Assembly: GCF_963921235.1 (NCBI RefSeq)
Contig: NC_086108.1
Span: forward strand, 11,284,001-11,348,000
DNA: 64,000 bases
From: Mobula hypostoma
Taxonomy: Eukaryota
Direction of reading: 5' to 3'
Part shown: positions 15,001-28,308 of the stretch, piece by piece
How the letters are laid out: every line of letters begins with the position of its first letter
How positions within the stretch are numbered: the stretch's first letter is position 1
Program-made: the position numbers and the translations under genes
The notes under the pieces: generated by a model
Seen by the model: the letters and a program-made list of their open reading frames with translations, nothing else
Database searches by the model: none
Told to the model about the DNA's origin: nothing

Positions 15001-18000
15001 CGGGAAACTCCAGACTACAGGTAACTCCAGACCACAGGGAATTCCAAACCACAGGGAACTCCAGACCACAGGGAACTCAAGACCACAGGGAATTCCAGAC
15101 CACAGGGTACACCAGACCATAGGGAACCCCAGACCACAGGGAACTCCAGACCACAGGGAACCTCAGACCACAGGGAACTCCAGAGCACAGGGAACCCCAG
15201 AGCACAGGGAACCCCAGACAACAGGGAACCCCAGACTACAGGGAATACAAGACCGCAGGGAACTCCAGACCACAGGTAATTCCAGACCACAGGGAATACA
15301 AGACCGCAGGGAACTCCAGACCACAGGTAATTCCAGACCACAGGGAATTCCAGACCACAGGGAACTCCAGACCACAGGGATCTCCAGACCATAGGGAATT
15401 CCAGACCACAGGGAACCCCAGACCACAAGAAACTCCATAACACTGCGAATTCCAGACCATAGCGTATTTCAGACCACAGGGAATTCCAAACCACAGGGAA
15501 CTCCAGACCACAGGGAATTCCAGAACACAGGGAACTCCAGATCACTGGGACCTCCAGCCTGCAGGGAATTCCAGACGACAGGGACCTCCAGACTACAGGG
15601 TATTCCAGACCACAGGGAACTCCAGACCACAGGGAACCCCAGACCACAGGGAACTCCAGACCACTGGGAATTGCAGACCACAGCGAACTCCAGACCACAG
15701 GGAATTCCAAACCACAGGGAACTCCAGACCACAGGGAACTCCAGACCACAGGGAATTCCAGACCACAGGGAATTCCAGATTACTGTGACCTCCAGTCTGA
15801 GGGAACTCCAGACCACAGGGAACCCCAGACATCAGGATACTCCAGATCACAGGGAATTCCAGACCACAGGGAACTCGAGACCACAGGGAGCTCCAGACCA
15901 CAGGGATCTCTGGACCACAGGGATTTCCAGACCACAAGGAACCCCAGACCACAGGAAACTCCAGATCACAGGAAACTCCAGACAACAGGGAATTCCAAAC
16001 CGGTGGGAACTCCAGTCCACAGGGAACTCCAGACCACAGGGAGTTCCAGACCACCGGGTACTCCAGACCACAGGGAACCCCAGACCACAGGGAACTCCAG
16101 ATCACTGGGACCTCCAGACCATAGGGCATTCCAGACCACAGGAAACTTCAGGCCACAGGAAAGTCCAGACCACAGGGAACTCCAGACCACAGGGAATTGC
16201 AGACCACCGGGACCTCTAGACCACAGGGAATTCCAGACCACAGGGAACTCCAGACCACAGGGATCCCCAGACAACAGGGAACCCCAGACAACAGGGTACC
16301 CCAGGCTACAGGGAATTCAAGACCGCAGGGAACTCCAGACCACAGGGAATTCCAGACCACAGGGAATTCCAGACCACAGGAAACTCTAGACCACAGGGAT
16401 CTCCAGACGATAGAGAATTCCAGACCACAGGGAACCCCAGACGACAAGGAACTCCAAAACACTGCGAATTCCAGACTATAGGGAATTCCAGACCACAGGG
16501 AACTCCAGACCACAGGGAACTCCCGACCACAGGGAATTCCAACCCACAGGGAACTCCAGACCACAGGGAACTCCAGACCACAAGGAATTCCAGACCACAG
16601 GGAATACCAGATCACTGGGACCTCCAGCCTGCAGGGAACTCCAGACCACAGGGAACCCCAGACAACAGGAAACTCCAGATCACAGGGAACTCCAGACCAC
16701 AAGGAATTCCAGACCACAGGGAACTCTAGACCACAGTGAAATCCAGACCACAGGGAATTCCAGACCACCGGGTACTCCAGACCACAGGGAACTACAGACC
16801 ACAGGGAAATACAGATCACTGGGACCTGCAGACCATAGGGAATTCCAGACCACAGGGAACTTCAGACCACAGGAAACTCCAGACCACAGGGAACTCCAGA
16901 CCACAGGGAATTGCAGACCACAGGGACCTCTAGACCACAGGGAATTCCAGACCACAGGGATCTCCAGACCACAGGAAACACGAGGCCACAGGGAACTCCA
17001 GTCCACAGGGAACTCCAGACCACAGGGAATTCCAAACAACAGGGAACTCCAGACCACAGGGAACTCCAGACCACCGGGAACTCCAGATCACTGGGATCTC
17101 CAGCCTGCAGGGAACTCCAGACCACAGGGAACCCCAGACAACAGGAAACTCCAGATCACAGGGAATTCCAGACCACAGGGAATTCCAAACCACAGGGAAC
17201 TCTAGACCACAGGGAAATCCAGACCACAGGGAATTCCAGAACACCGGGTACTCCAGACCACAGGGACCTACAGACCACAGGGAAATACAGATCACTGGGA
17301 CCTGCAGACCATAGGGAACTCCAGACCACAGGGAACTTCAGACCACAGGAAACTCCAGACCACAGGGAACTCCAGACCACAGGGAATTGCAGACCACAGG
17401 GACCTCTAGACCACAGGGAATTCCAGACCACAGGGATCTCCAGACCACAGGAAACACGAGACCACAGGGAACTCCAGTCCACAGGGAACTCCAGACCACA
17501 GGGAATTCCAAACAACAGGGAACTCCAGACCACAGGGAACTCCAGACCACCGGGAACTCCAGATCACTGGGATCTCCAGCCTGCAGGGAACTCCAGACCA
17601 CAGGGAACCCCAGACGACAAGGAACTCCAGAACACTGCGAATTCCAGACTATAGGGAATTCCAGACCACAGGGAACTCCAGACCACAGGGAACTCCCGAC
17701 CACAGGGAATTCCAAACCACAGGGAACTCCAGACCACAGGGAATTCCAGACTACAGGGAACTCCAGATCACTGGGACCTCCAGCCTGCAGGGAATTCCAG
17801 ATGACAGGGACCTCCAGACCACAGGGTTTTCCAGACCACAGGGAATTCCAGACCACAGCGAACTCCAGACCACAGGGAATTCCAACCCACAGGGAACTCC
17901 AGACCACAGGGAACTGCAGACCACAAGGAATTCCAGACCACAGGGATCTCCAGATCGCTGGGACAGCCAACCTGCAGGGGATTCCAGACCACAGGGACCT

Positions 18001-21000
18001 CCAGACCACAGGGAATTCGAGACCACAGGGAACTCCAGACAACAAGGAACCCAAGATCACAGGGAACCCCAGACCTCAGGAAACTCCAGACCACTGTGAT
18101 CTCCAGACCAGAGGGAAATCCAGATCACAGGGAAATCCAGACCATAGGGAATTCCAGACCATTGGGAACTCCAGACCACAGGGATTTCCAGACCACAGGG
18201 AACTCCAGACCATAGGGAATTCCAGACCATTGGGAATTCCAGACCACAGGGAATTCCAGACCACAGGGAACTCTAGACCACAGTGAAATCCAGACCACAG
18301 GGAATTCCAGACCACCGGGTACTCCAGACCACAGGGAACTACAGACCACAGGGAAATACAGATCACTGGGACCTGCAGACCATAGGGAATTCCAGACCAC
18401 AGGGAACTTGAGACCACAGGAAACTCCAGACCACAGGGAACTCCAGACCACAGGGAATTGCAGACCACAGGGACCTCTAGACCACAGGGAATTCCAGACC
18501 ACAGGGATCTCCAGACCACAGGAAACACGAGGCCACAGGGAACTCCAGTCCACAGGGAACTCCAGACCACAGGGAATTCCAAACAACAGGGAACTCCAGA
18601 CCACAGGGAACTCCAGACCACCGGGAACTCCAGATCACTGGGATCTCCAGCCTGCAGGGAACTCCAGACCACAGGGAACCCCAGACAACAGGAAACTCCA
18701 GATCACAGGGAATTCCAGACCACAGGGAATTCCAAACCACAGGGAACTCTAGACCACAGGGAAATCCAGACCACAGGGAATTCCAGAACACCGGGTACTC
18801 CAGACCACAGGGACCTACAGACCACAGGGAAATACAGATCACTGGGACCTGCAGACCATAGGGAATTCCAGACCACAGGGAACTTCAGACCACAGGAAAC
18901 TCCAGACCACAGGGAACTCCAGACCACAGGGAATTGCAGACCACAGGGACCTCTAGACCACAGGGAATTCCAGACCACAGGGATCTCCAGACCACAGGAA
19001 ACACGAGACCACAGGGAACTCCAGTCCACAGGGAACTCCAGACCACAGGGAATTCCAAACAACAGGGAACTCCAGACCACAGGGAACTCCAGACCACCGG
19101 GAACTCCAGATCACTGGGATCTCCAGCCTGCAGGGAACTCCAGACCACAGGGAACCCCAGACGACAAGGAACTCCAGAACACTGCGAATTCCAGACTATA
19201 GGGAATTCCAGACCACAGGGAACTCCAGACCACAGGGAACTCCCGACCACAGGGAATTCCAAACCACAGGGAACTCCAGACCACAGGGAATTCCAGACTA
19301 CAGGGAACTCCAGATCACTGGGACCTCCAGCCTGCAGGGAATTCCAGATGACAGGGACCTCCAGACCACAGGTTATTCCAGACCACAGGGAATTCCAGAC
19401 CACAGCGAACTCCAGACCACAGGGAATTCCAGACCATAGGGAATTCCAGACCATTGGGAACTCCAGACCACAGGGATTTCCAGACCACAGGGAACTCCAG
19501 ACTATAGGGAATTCCAGACCATTGGGAATTCCAGACCACAGGGAATTCCAGACCACAGGGAACTCCAGACCACAGGGAATTCCAAACCACAGAGAATTCC
19601 ATACCACAGGGAACTCCATGTCACTGGGACCTCCAGCCTGCAGGGAACTCCAGACCACAGGGAACCCCAGACCATTGGGAACTCCAGACCACAGGGAATT
19701 TCAGACCACAGGGAACTCCAGACCACAGGGAGCTCCAGCCCACAGGGATCTCCAGACCACAGGGATCCCCAGACCACAGGAAACTCCAGACCACAGTGAT
19801 CTCCAGACCACAGGGAATTCCAGACCACAGGGAACTCGAGACCACAGGGAGCACCAGACCACAGGGAACTCCAGACCACAGGGATCTCCAGACCACAGGG
19901 AGCCCCAGACCACAGGGAGCCCCAGACCACAGGAAACTCTAGACCACAGGGAACTCCAGACCACAGGGAATTCCAAACAACAGGGAGCACCAGACCACTG
20001 GGAACCCCAGACCACAGGGAGGATCAGACCACAGGGAACTCGAGACCACAGGGAACTCAAGACCACAGGGAACCCCAGACAACAGGAAACTCCAGATCAC
20101 AGGGAACTCCAGACCACAAGGAATTCCAGACCACAGGGAACTCTAGACCACAGTGAAATCCAGACCACAGGGAATTCCAGACCACCGGGTACTCCAGACC
20201 ACAGGGAACTACAGACCACAGGGAAATACAGATCACTGGGACCTGCAGACCATAGGGAATTCCAGACCACAGGGAACTTCAGACCACAGGAAACTCCAGA
20301 CCACAGGGAACTCCAGACCACAGGGAATTGCAGACCACAGGGACCTCTAGACCACAGGGAATTCCAGACCACAGGGATCTCCAGACCACAGGAAACACGA
20401 GGCCACAGGGAACTCCAGTCCACAGGGAACTCCAGACCACAGGGAATTCCAAACAACAGGGAACTCCAGACCACAGGGAACTCCAGACCACCGGGAACTC
20501 CAGATCACTGGGATCTCCAGCCTGCAGGGAACTCCAGACCACAGGGAACCCCAGACAACAGGAAACTCCAGATCACAGGGTATTCCAGACCACAGGGAAT
20601 TCCCAACCACAGGGAACTCTAGACCACAGGGAAATCCAGAACACCGGGTACTCCAGACCACAGGGACCTACAGACCACAGGGAAATACAGATCACTGGGA
20701 CCTGCAGACCATAGGGAATTCCAGACCACAGGGAACTTCAGACCACAGGAAACTCCAGACCACAGGGAACTCCAGACCACAGGGAATTGCAGACCACAGG
20801 GACCTCTAGACCACAGGGAATTCCAGACCACAGGGATCTCCAGACCACAGGAAACACGAGACCACAGGGAACTCCAGTCCACAGGGAACTCCAGACCACA
20901 GGGAATTCCAAACAACAGGGAACTCCAGACCACAGGGAACTCCAGACCACCGGGAACTCCAGATCACTGGGATCTCCAGCCTGCAGGGAACTCCAGACCA

Positions 21001-24000
21001 CAGGGAACCCCAGACGACAAGGAACTCCAGAACACTGCGAATTCCAGACTATAGGGAATTCCAGACCACAGGGAACTCCAGACCACAGGGAACTCCCGAC
21101 CACAGGGAATTCCAAACCACAGGGAACTCCAGACCACAGGGAATTCCAGACTACAGGGAACTCCAGATCACTGGGACCTCCAGCCTGCAGGGAATTCCAG
21201 ATGACAGGGACCTCCAGACCACAGGGTATTCCAGACCACAGGGAATTCCAGACCACAGCGAACTCCAGACCACAGGGAATTCCAACCCACAGGGAACTCC
21301 AGACCACAGGGAACTGCAGACCACAAGGAATTCCAGACCACAGGGATCTCCAGATCGCTGGGACAGCCAACCTGCAGGGGATTCCAGACCACAGGGACCT
21401 CCAGACCACAGGGAATTCGAGACCACAGGGAACTCCAGACAACAAGGAACCCAAGATCACAGGGAACCCCAGACCTCAGGAAACTCCAGACCACTGTGAT
21501 CTCCAGACCAGAGGGAAATCCAGATCACAGGGAAATCCAGACCATAGGGAATTCCAGACCATTGGGAACTCCAGACCACAGGGATTTCCAGACCACAGGG
21601 AACTCCAGACCATAGGGAATTCCAGACCATTGGGAATTCCAGACCACAGGGAATTCCAGACCACAGGGAACTCCAGACCACAGGGAATTCCAAACCACAG
21701 AGAATTCCATACCACAGGGAACTCCATGTCATGGGACCTCCAGCCTGCAGGGAACTCCAGACCACAGGGAACCCCAGACCATTGGGAACTCCAGACCACA
21801 GGGAATTTCAGACCACAGGGAACTCCAGACCACAGGGAGCTCCAGCCCACAGGGATCTCCAGACCACAGGGAACCCCAGACCACAGGAAACTCCAGACCA
21901 CAGTGATCTCCAGACCACAGGGAATTCCAGACCACAGGGAACTCGAGACCACAGGGAGCACCAGACCACAGGGAACTCCAGACCACAGGGATCTCCAGAC
22001 CACAGGGAGCCCCAGACCACAGGGAGTCCCAGACCACAGGAAACTCTAGACCACAGGGAACTCCAGACCACAGGGAATTCCAAACAACAGGGAGCACCAG
22101 ACCACTGGGAACCCCAGACCACAGGGAGGATCAGACCACAGGGAACTCGAGACCACAGGGAACTCAAGACCACAGGGATCCCAGACCACAGGAAACTCCA
22201 GACCACAGTGATCTCCAGACCACAGGGAATTCCAGACCATAGGGAACTCCAGACCACAGGGAACTGCAGAGCAGAGGGAATTCCAAACCACAGGGAATTC
22301 CTGAGCACAGGGAACTCTAGACGACAGGGAACTGCAGATCACTGGGAACTCAAGACCCTAGGGAATTCCAGACCTCTGGGAATTCCAGACCTCAGGGAAC
22401 TCCAGATCACTGGGACCTCAAGCCGCAGGGAACTCCAGATCACAAGGAGCCCCAGACCACAGGAAATTGCAGACCACAGGGACCCCCAGACCACAGGAAA
22501 CTCCAGACCACTGTGATCTCCAGAACAGAGGGAAATCCAGATCACAGGGAATTCCAAACCACAGGAAACTCCAGACCACAGGGAACCCCAGACCACAGGG
22601 ATCTCCTGACCACAGGGAACCCCAGACCACAGGAAACTCCAGACCACAGGGATCTCCAGACCACAGGGAACCCCAGACCACAGGAAATTCCAGACCACAG
22701 GGAACTCCAGACCACAGGGAATTCCAAACAACTGGGAGCACCAGACCACTGGGAACCCCAGACCACAGGGAGGACCAAGACCACAGGGAATTCCAAACCA
22801 CAGGAAACTCCAGACCACAGGGATCTGCAGTCCACAGGGATTTCCAGACCACAGGGAATTCCAAACCACAGGGAACTCCAGATCACTGGGACCTCCAGCT
22901 TGCACAGAATTCCAGCCCACAGGGTCCTCCAGACCACAGGGAAACCCAGACCACAGGGACCTCCAGCCTGCAGGGAACTCCAGACCACAGGGAACCCCAG
23001 ACCACAGGAAACTCCAGACCGCAGGGAACCCCAGACCACAGGGAACTCCAGACCGCAGGGAATTCAAAACCACAGCGAACTCCGAGCCTGCAGGGAACTC
23101 CAGTCCACAGGGAACTCCAGACCACAGTGAATTCCAAACCACAGGGAACTCCAGACCACAGGGTATTCCAGCCCACTGGGAACTCCAGATCACTGGGATC
23201 TCCAGCTTGCAGGGAACTCCAGACTACAGGGACCTCCAGATCACAAGGGAATTCCAGACCACAGGGAACTCCAGACCACAGCGAACTCCAGACCACAGGA
23301 AACTCCAGACCACAGGGATCTCCAGACCACGGAATTCCAAACCACAGGGAACTCCAGACCACAGGGAACTCCAGACTACAGGGAACTGCAGATCACTGGG
23401 ACCGCCAGCCTGCAGGGAATTCCAGACCACAGGGACCTCCAGACCACAGGGAATTCCAGACCACAGGGCACTCCAGACCACAGGGAACCCCAGACCACAA
23501 CAAACTCCAGACCACAGGGAACCCCAGAGCACAGGAAACTCCAGACCACAGTGATCTCCAGACCACAAGGAACTCCAGACCATAGTGAACTCCAGACCAC
23601 AGCGAACTCCAGACCACAGGAAACTCCAGACCACAGGGATCTCCAGACCACAGGGAATTCCAAACCACAGGGAACTCCAGACCACAGGGAACTCCAGACT
23701 ACAGGCAACTGCAGATCACTGGGACCTCCAGCCTGCAGGGAATTGCATAGCACAGGGACCTCCGACTACAGGGAATTCCAGACCACAGGGAACTCCAGAC
23801 CACAGGGAACCCCAGACCACAGGGAACTTCTGACCCCAGGGAACCCCAGACCACAGGGAACCCCAGACCGCAGGATCTTCCAGACCACAGGGATGTCCAG
23901 ACCACAAGGAATTCCAGATCACATGGATCTCCAGACCACAGGGAACTCCAGGCCACAAGGAACTCCAGACCACAGGGAACTCCAGGCCACAAGGAACTCC

Positions 24001-24036
24001 AGACCACAGGGAACCCCAGACTACTGCAAACTCTAG
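1..24036. repeat. Tandem satellite array, 17-bp monomer GACCACAGGGAA(C/T)TCCA, roughly 1400 copies; continues past the left edge of the window
   Basis: Monomer is directly readable throughout, with recurrent variants (GATCACTGGGACCTCCA, GCCTGCAGGGAACTCCA, a 16-bp ...CCAACCACAGG form). It ends abruptly at ...ctactgcaaactctag (~24036). Confidence 0.98.
3655..8390. repeat. 2189-bp higher-order tandem duplication (~2.1 copies) inside the satellite
   Basis: Diagnostic variant accctagaccatgggaaact occurs at 3781, 5970 and 8159. Near-identical ORFs recur at a 2189 offset (3791/5980, 3952/6141, 5226/7415). Edges are approximate. Confidence 0.9.
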
Positions 24037-24339
24037 TCCTGAAGTAGTTGAAGACCTCAGATACCTCCTCTCTTTCCACTGTCCCACAGAGGCACAATTC
24101 ATCAATTAGTCTCTGATGGGTTATACATGCAGGTGCCAACTGTATGAGAATGAATGGATGAAAGCGTATCAGGAGACCCTGAATCCTTCAAACAGCTTCA
24201 GATTCGGAAACTGTTGGCACATGGTTGATGTACTCAGATGGGAACAGTAGTTGTGCCCTCAGAGTCTGTGTCAACCAGATGGCAGTGTAAACTGTGAGCA
24301 GCTTCAAACCCCTGTGAGTCCACACTTGGCGCAACCTCT

Positions 24340-25010
24340 CATGGTCCCAGAACACATCCCATAGACCAGGAATGCTCACCAATGAGGAGACTGAAGAGAG
24401 CTGGACCGCACACATCTATACTCACACCATTCTACAGATGCGCAGTACAAAGCATCCTAACCAGCTACATCACTGCCATGTATGAAAACTACACTGCGGT
24501 GGACAGGCAGGCTCTAAAACAGGTAGCCGAAACTGCCAAACACCTCACCGACACCTGCCTATCCGCCATCGAGGGCATATATACAGAAAGGTGCTGGAAA
24601 AGGGCCAGTGACATCGTGAAGGATCCCACCCACCCTGCTCATGAGGGAGGAGGCTACGCAGCATCCACAACTGGACCATCAGACTCAAAATCAGTTACTT
24701 CCCCCAAGCAGTAAGGCTGATCAACACCTCCAGCCACCAATCCACCCCTCCATGCTCCCAATCGCCACTGCTTTATCATTTCCTGTCAGAGTCACCTGAT
24801 GTGCAGACACTCCTGTGCCTAGTGTCACTTTATCAATCTATGTATATAAGCTTTCTAATGTATTTATATTTATTTGTATTTTTATTACTACTATTATGGT
24901 GTATTTTGATTTATTGTGTTTTTTATGCTGTATCAGATCTGGATTTTTGTTATTTTGTTCTCCTTTACACTTGTGCCTAGGAAATGACATGAAACCATCT
25001 TGAATCCTGA
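24340..25010 (+). mobile_element. Rex/Babar-type non-LTR retrotransposon, degenerate 3' fragment
   Basis: Translation MRRLKRAG..ILTPFYRCAVQSILTSYIT..RASDIVKDPTHPAH matches the Rex1-type RT C-terminus; AT-rich 3' UTR and ttgaa-type tail follow. Confidence 0.75.
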
Positions 25011-25150
25011 ACTTCCAGGCACCAGTTTACACAAATTCTTACTCCTATATTCCTGTCCACTCCTCAGATCCTATCCCTCACTCAGGGAAACGCACAGGGT
25101 CCAACACTCCTCCCAGACTGACCCACCAATATTCAGGTGTGAATGGGTTC

Positions 25151-25228
25151 CAGGTGTTCCCAACTCAGGGTCCACAGACACTTCAGTCAATGGTAGGGGA
25201 CCATGGCATAATAAGGCTGGGAACCCCC
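25151..25228. mobile_element. ~80-bp MITE with CAGGGGTTCCCAA-type TIRs (hAT/Charlie-like)
   Basis: caggtgttcccaac...gctgggaaccccc; related copies at 32110, ~35004 and 48148. Confidence 0.65.
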
Positions 25229-25730
25229 AAAGGACGTGTGAGATAGGAGGCTGGGAGACCAGGGAGACTACCATTCATAAAACACAGGTTTGAAGTTCCT
25301 GTCTGCTGGCTACCTTCTCTCCACCTAATCCTTCAGCTGACGGGGGGTTGAAATTGATGGGTTGAAACAGGATGTGACAGCCCATTGAAAGTCAAGGTAA
25401 GCATGGGATATTGACAGTGGAAGGGGCTTGGTGTTCAATTCAAGACCACACAGGGCAATGCACGGAATAAACATTCATATCAGTGTTCAGCAACCAAGAT
25501 GTGTCTCGGATATTTCCTGGCAGATGGAGAGTTTCATTAAAATCTCTAATATTGCTCAGGTTCAAAGTTGCATCAAGTACAGTTTTGTTACTAAGAAACC
25601 CATCAAAATCTCATAACACAGAGCTGGAACAGCAACAGAATAATAACCCATTGCCTCTGCCTCCAAGTTCAGAGCAGGCACAGAAAATTTCTATTTATTT
25701 CTTTTCGAAAAACTTCATTTGTTTGTTATA

Positions 25731-26258
25731 GAAACATAGAAACATAGAAAATAGGTGCAGGAGTAGGCCATTCGGCCCTTCGAGCCTGCACCGCCATTTA
25801 TTATGATCATGGCTGATCATCCAACTCAGAACCCCGCCCCAGCCTTCCCTCCATACCCCCTGACCCCTGTAGCCACAAGGGCCATATCTAACTCCCTCTT
25901 AAATATAGCCAATGAACTGGCCTCAACAGTTTGCCGTGGCAGAGAATTCCACAGATTCACCACTCTCTGTGTGAAGAAGTTTTTCCTAATCTCGGTCCTA
26001 AAAGGCTTCCCCTCTATCCTCAAACTGTGACCCCTCGTTCTGGACTTCCCCAACATCGGGAACAATCTTCCTGCATCTAGCCTGTCCAATCCCTTTAGGA
26101 TCTTATACGTTTCAATCAGATCCCCCCTCAATCTTCTAAATTCCAACGAGTACAAGCCCAGTTCATCCAGTCTTTCTTCATATGAAAGTCCTGCCATCCC
26201 AGGAATCAATCTGGTGAACCTTCTTTGTACTCCCTCTATGGCAAAGATGTCTTTCCTC
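25731..26258 (-). mobile_element. CR1 LINE, 5'-truncated and young-looking, with (GTTTCTAT)n tail
   Basis: Unbroken CR1 ORF2 C-terminus RKDIFAIEGVQRRFTRLIPG..LYSLEFRRLRGDLIETYKIL..TRGHSL..FFTQRVVNLWNSLP; octamer tandem tail at the left end. Confidence 0.92.
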
Positions 26259-26620
26259 GTGTGGGCCATCGTGGACTTTCCACGACTATGATTGTTCTTG
26301 GCAAATGTTTCTACAGAAGTGGCTTGCCAGCGCCTTCTTCTGGGGCACTGACTTTACAAGACGGGTGACCCCAGCCGTTATCAATACTCTTCAGAGATTG
26401 TCTGCCTGACATCAGCGGTCACATAACCAGGATTTAAGACATGCACCAGCTGCTCATACGACCACCTGCCACCTGCTCCCATGGCTTCATGTGTCCCTGA
26501 TCTGTGAGTGAGGGGTTAAGCAGATGCTACATCTTGCCCAAGATTGGCCTGCAGGCTCGCGGAGGGAAGGAGCAGCTACTCATCCTTCGGTAGAGACGTA
26601 TCTCCGCCCCACCGTCCACA
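26259..26620 (-). mobile_element. RTE-related short retroposon fragment
   Basis: Contains agaagtggcttgccagcgccttcttc, resembling the GGTTTGCCATTGCCTTC motif of RTE/BovB-related elements. Family assignment is from memory only. Confidence 0.45.
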
Positions 26621-26662
26621 GGTAAATAAAAACTTAATTAATAATTAAGGAATATACTTAGA

Positions 26663-26930
26663 GGCAGGGTGGCATAACAGTTAAAGCAACACTTTACAGT
26701 TCCAAGGGTCACTGATAGGGGTTCCATCCTGCCACTCTCATAAGGAGTTTCTACATTCTCCCTGTGACTCCGTGCATTTACTCCAGGAGCACCAGTTTCC
26801 TCCCACATTCCAAAAGACGTGCAGAGTTCGGGTTAGTCACCTGCGGACATGCTATGTCGATGCTAGAAGCATGGCAATATGTGAAGGCCGCCCCAACAGG
26901 CTGTCCTGGATTGGATTGGTCATTGACACA
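26663..26930 (+). mobile_element. Degenerate tRNA-derived V-SINE-like element
   Basis: A-box-like head ggtggcataacagttaa; central ctccaggagcaccagtttcctcccacattccaaaagacgtgc resembles the V-domain. Confidence 0.6.
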
Positions 26931-28308
26931 ATTTCAGTTCAATTCAAGCTTAATTATTATTCAACCATACACGAATACCCATCAATACACCCAAATGAGA
27001 CAGTGTAACTTCGAAGCCAAGGAGCAAGACACACCACCAACAGTCTCACACAGCACATACAAGATAGCAAGCTCTAGAGATCAAGACAACTAAGAGATAG
27101 TCATGGGATTGCCTTGAGTCGTGGACTGGGCTTGTTCAAGAACTCGTCTGAGGATCTGAATGACCACACCAGGGTCATTACAGACCTTATTAAAACAACT
27201 GTGTAATGAGTGTGTCCCCACAAAATCGTTCTGGATTTTCCCCAATCAGAAGCCCTGGATGAACAATGAAATCAGGAATTTGCTGAGGGCCAGATCAGAG
27301 GCATTCAAGTCTGGGGATCAAGAATGTTACAAAAGCTACAGGTATGATCTCCGGAAAACCATCTCACAGTCGAGGTGAAGATTCCAGGAAGACTGGAATC
27401 GACAAGGGATGCTCAACATTTGTGGCAAGGTTTGAATGCCATATTCTCCTACAAAGTTAAATCTTGTGACATAGAAGACAGTCGAGCTCACTTCCAGATG
27501 AGCTTAGATATTTGCTTTGATCACCAGAAGAAGGAAGAATCATTGCACACCCCCATGTCTCCCTATAGTGTCAGTATCTGAAGATGATGTGCAGTCTGCC
27601 TTCAAGAGAGTGAACCCAAGGAAAGCATCCAGACGGTGTACCTGACTGAGTACTGAAGACCTGTGCTGACCAACTGGCTGGTGTATTCACAGATACCTTC
27701 AGTCTCTCGTTCCAGCAGTGTGCAGTACTCACCTGCTTCAAGCAGACTTCAATCATACTGGTGCCCAAGAAGAGTGTGGTGACCTGCAGGGATGTGTACT
27801 TAGTTCCCTGCTCTACTCGGTTTACACCTATGACTATGTGGCTAAGCACAGCTCCAACACCATATCTAAGTTTGCTGATGACACCTCTATTGTGAGCTGT
27901 ATCAAAGTGGGTGATGAATCAGCATACAAGAGGGAGATTGAAAATTTGGCTGAGTGGTGTGATAACAACAACCTTTCACTCAATATCAGTAAGACCAAGG
28001 AACTGATTGTAGACTTCAGGAGAGGGAAACCAGAGGTCCATGAGTCCATAATCATCAGAGGTGGAGAGGGTCAGTAACATTAAATTTCTAAGTGTCACTA
28101 TCTCAGAGGACCTGCCTTGGACGAATCATATAAATATTATTGTGAAGAAAGCATGACAGCACCTCGACTTCCTCAGGAACCTGCAGAGATTTGGCATGAC
28201 ATCAAAAACCTTGGCAAACTTCTATAGATGTGTGGTGGAAAGTGTGCTGTCATCAGGCTCTTGAACAAAAGCGGATAACTACACTCATTTAAAGACTCTG
28301 TTATATTG

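Noticed and set aside
81..24036. Dozens of long ORFs (up to 631 aa) as protein-coding genes
   Set aside because: Produced by a stop-free 17-bp monomer; they occur in all six frames and indels do not preserve frame.
1..24036. CRISPR array
   Set aside because: No unique spacers, no cas genes, eukaryotic TE context.
1..24036. CENP-B box or Ig switch region
   Set aside because: The 17-bp length is coincidental with no match to CENP-B box core positions; AGCT motifs are sparse.
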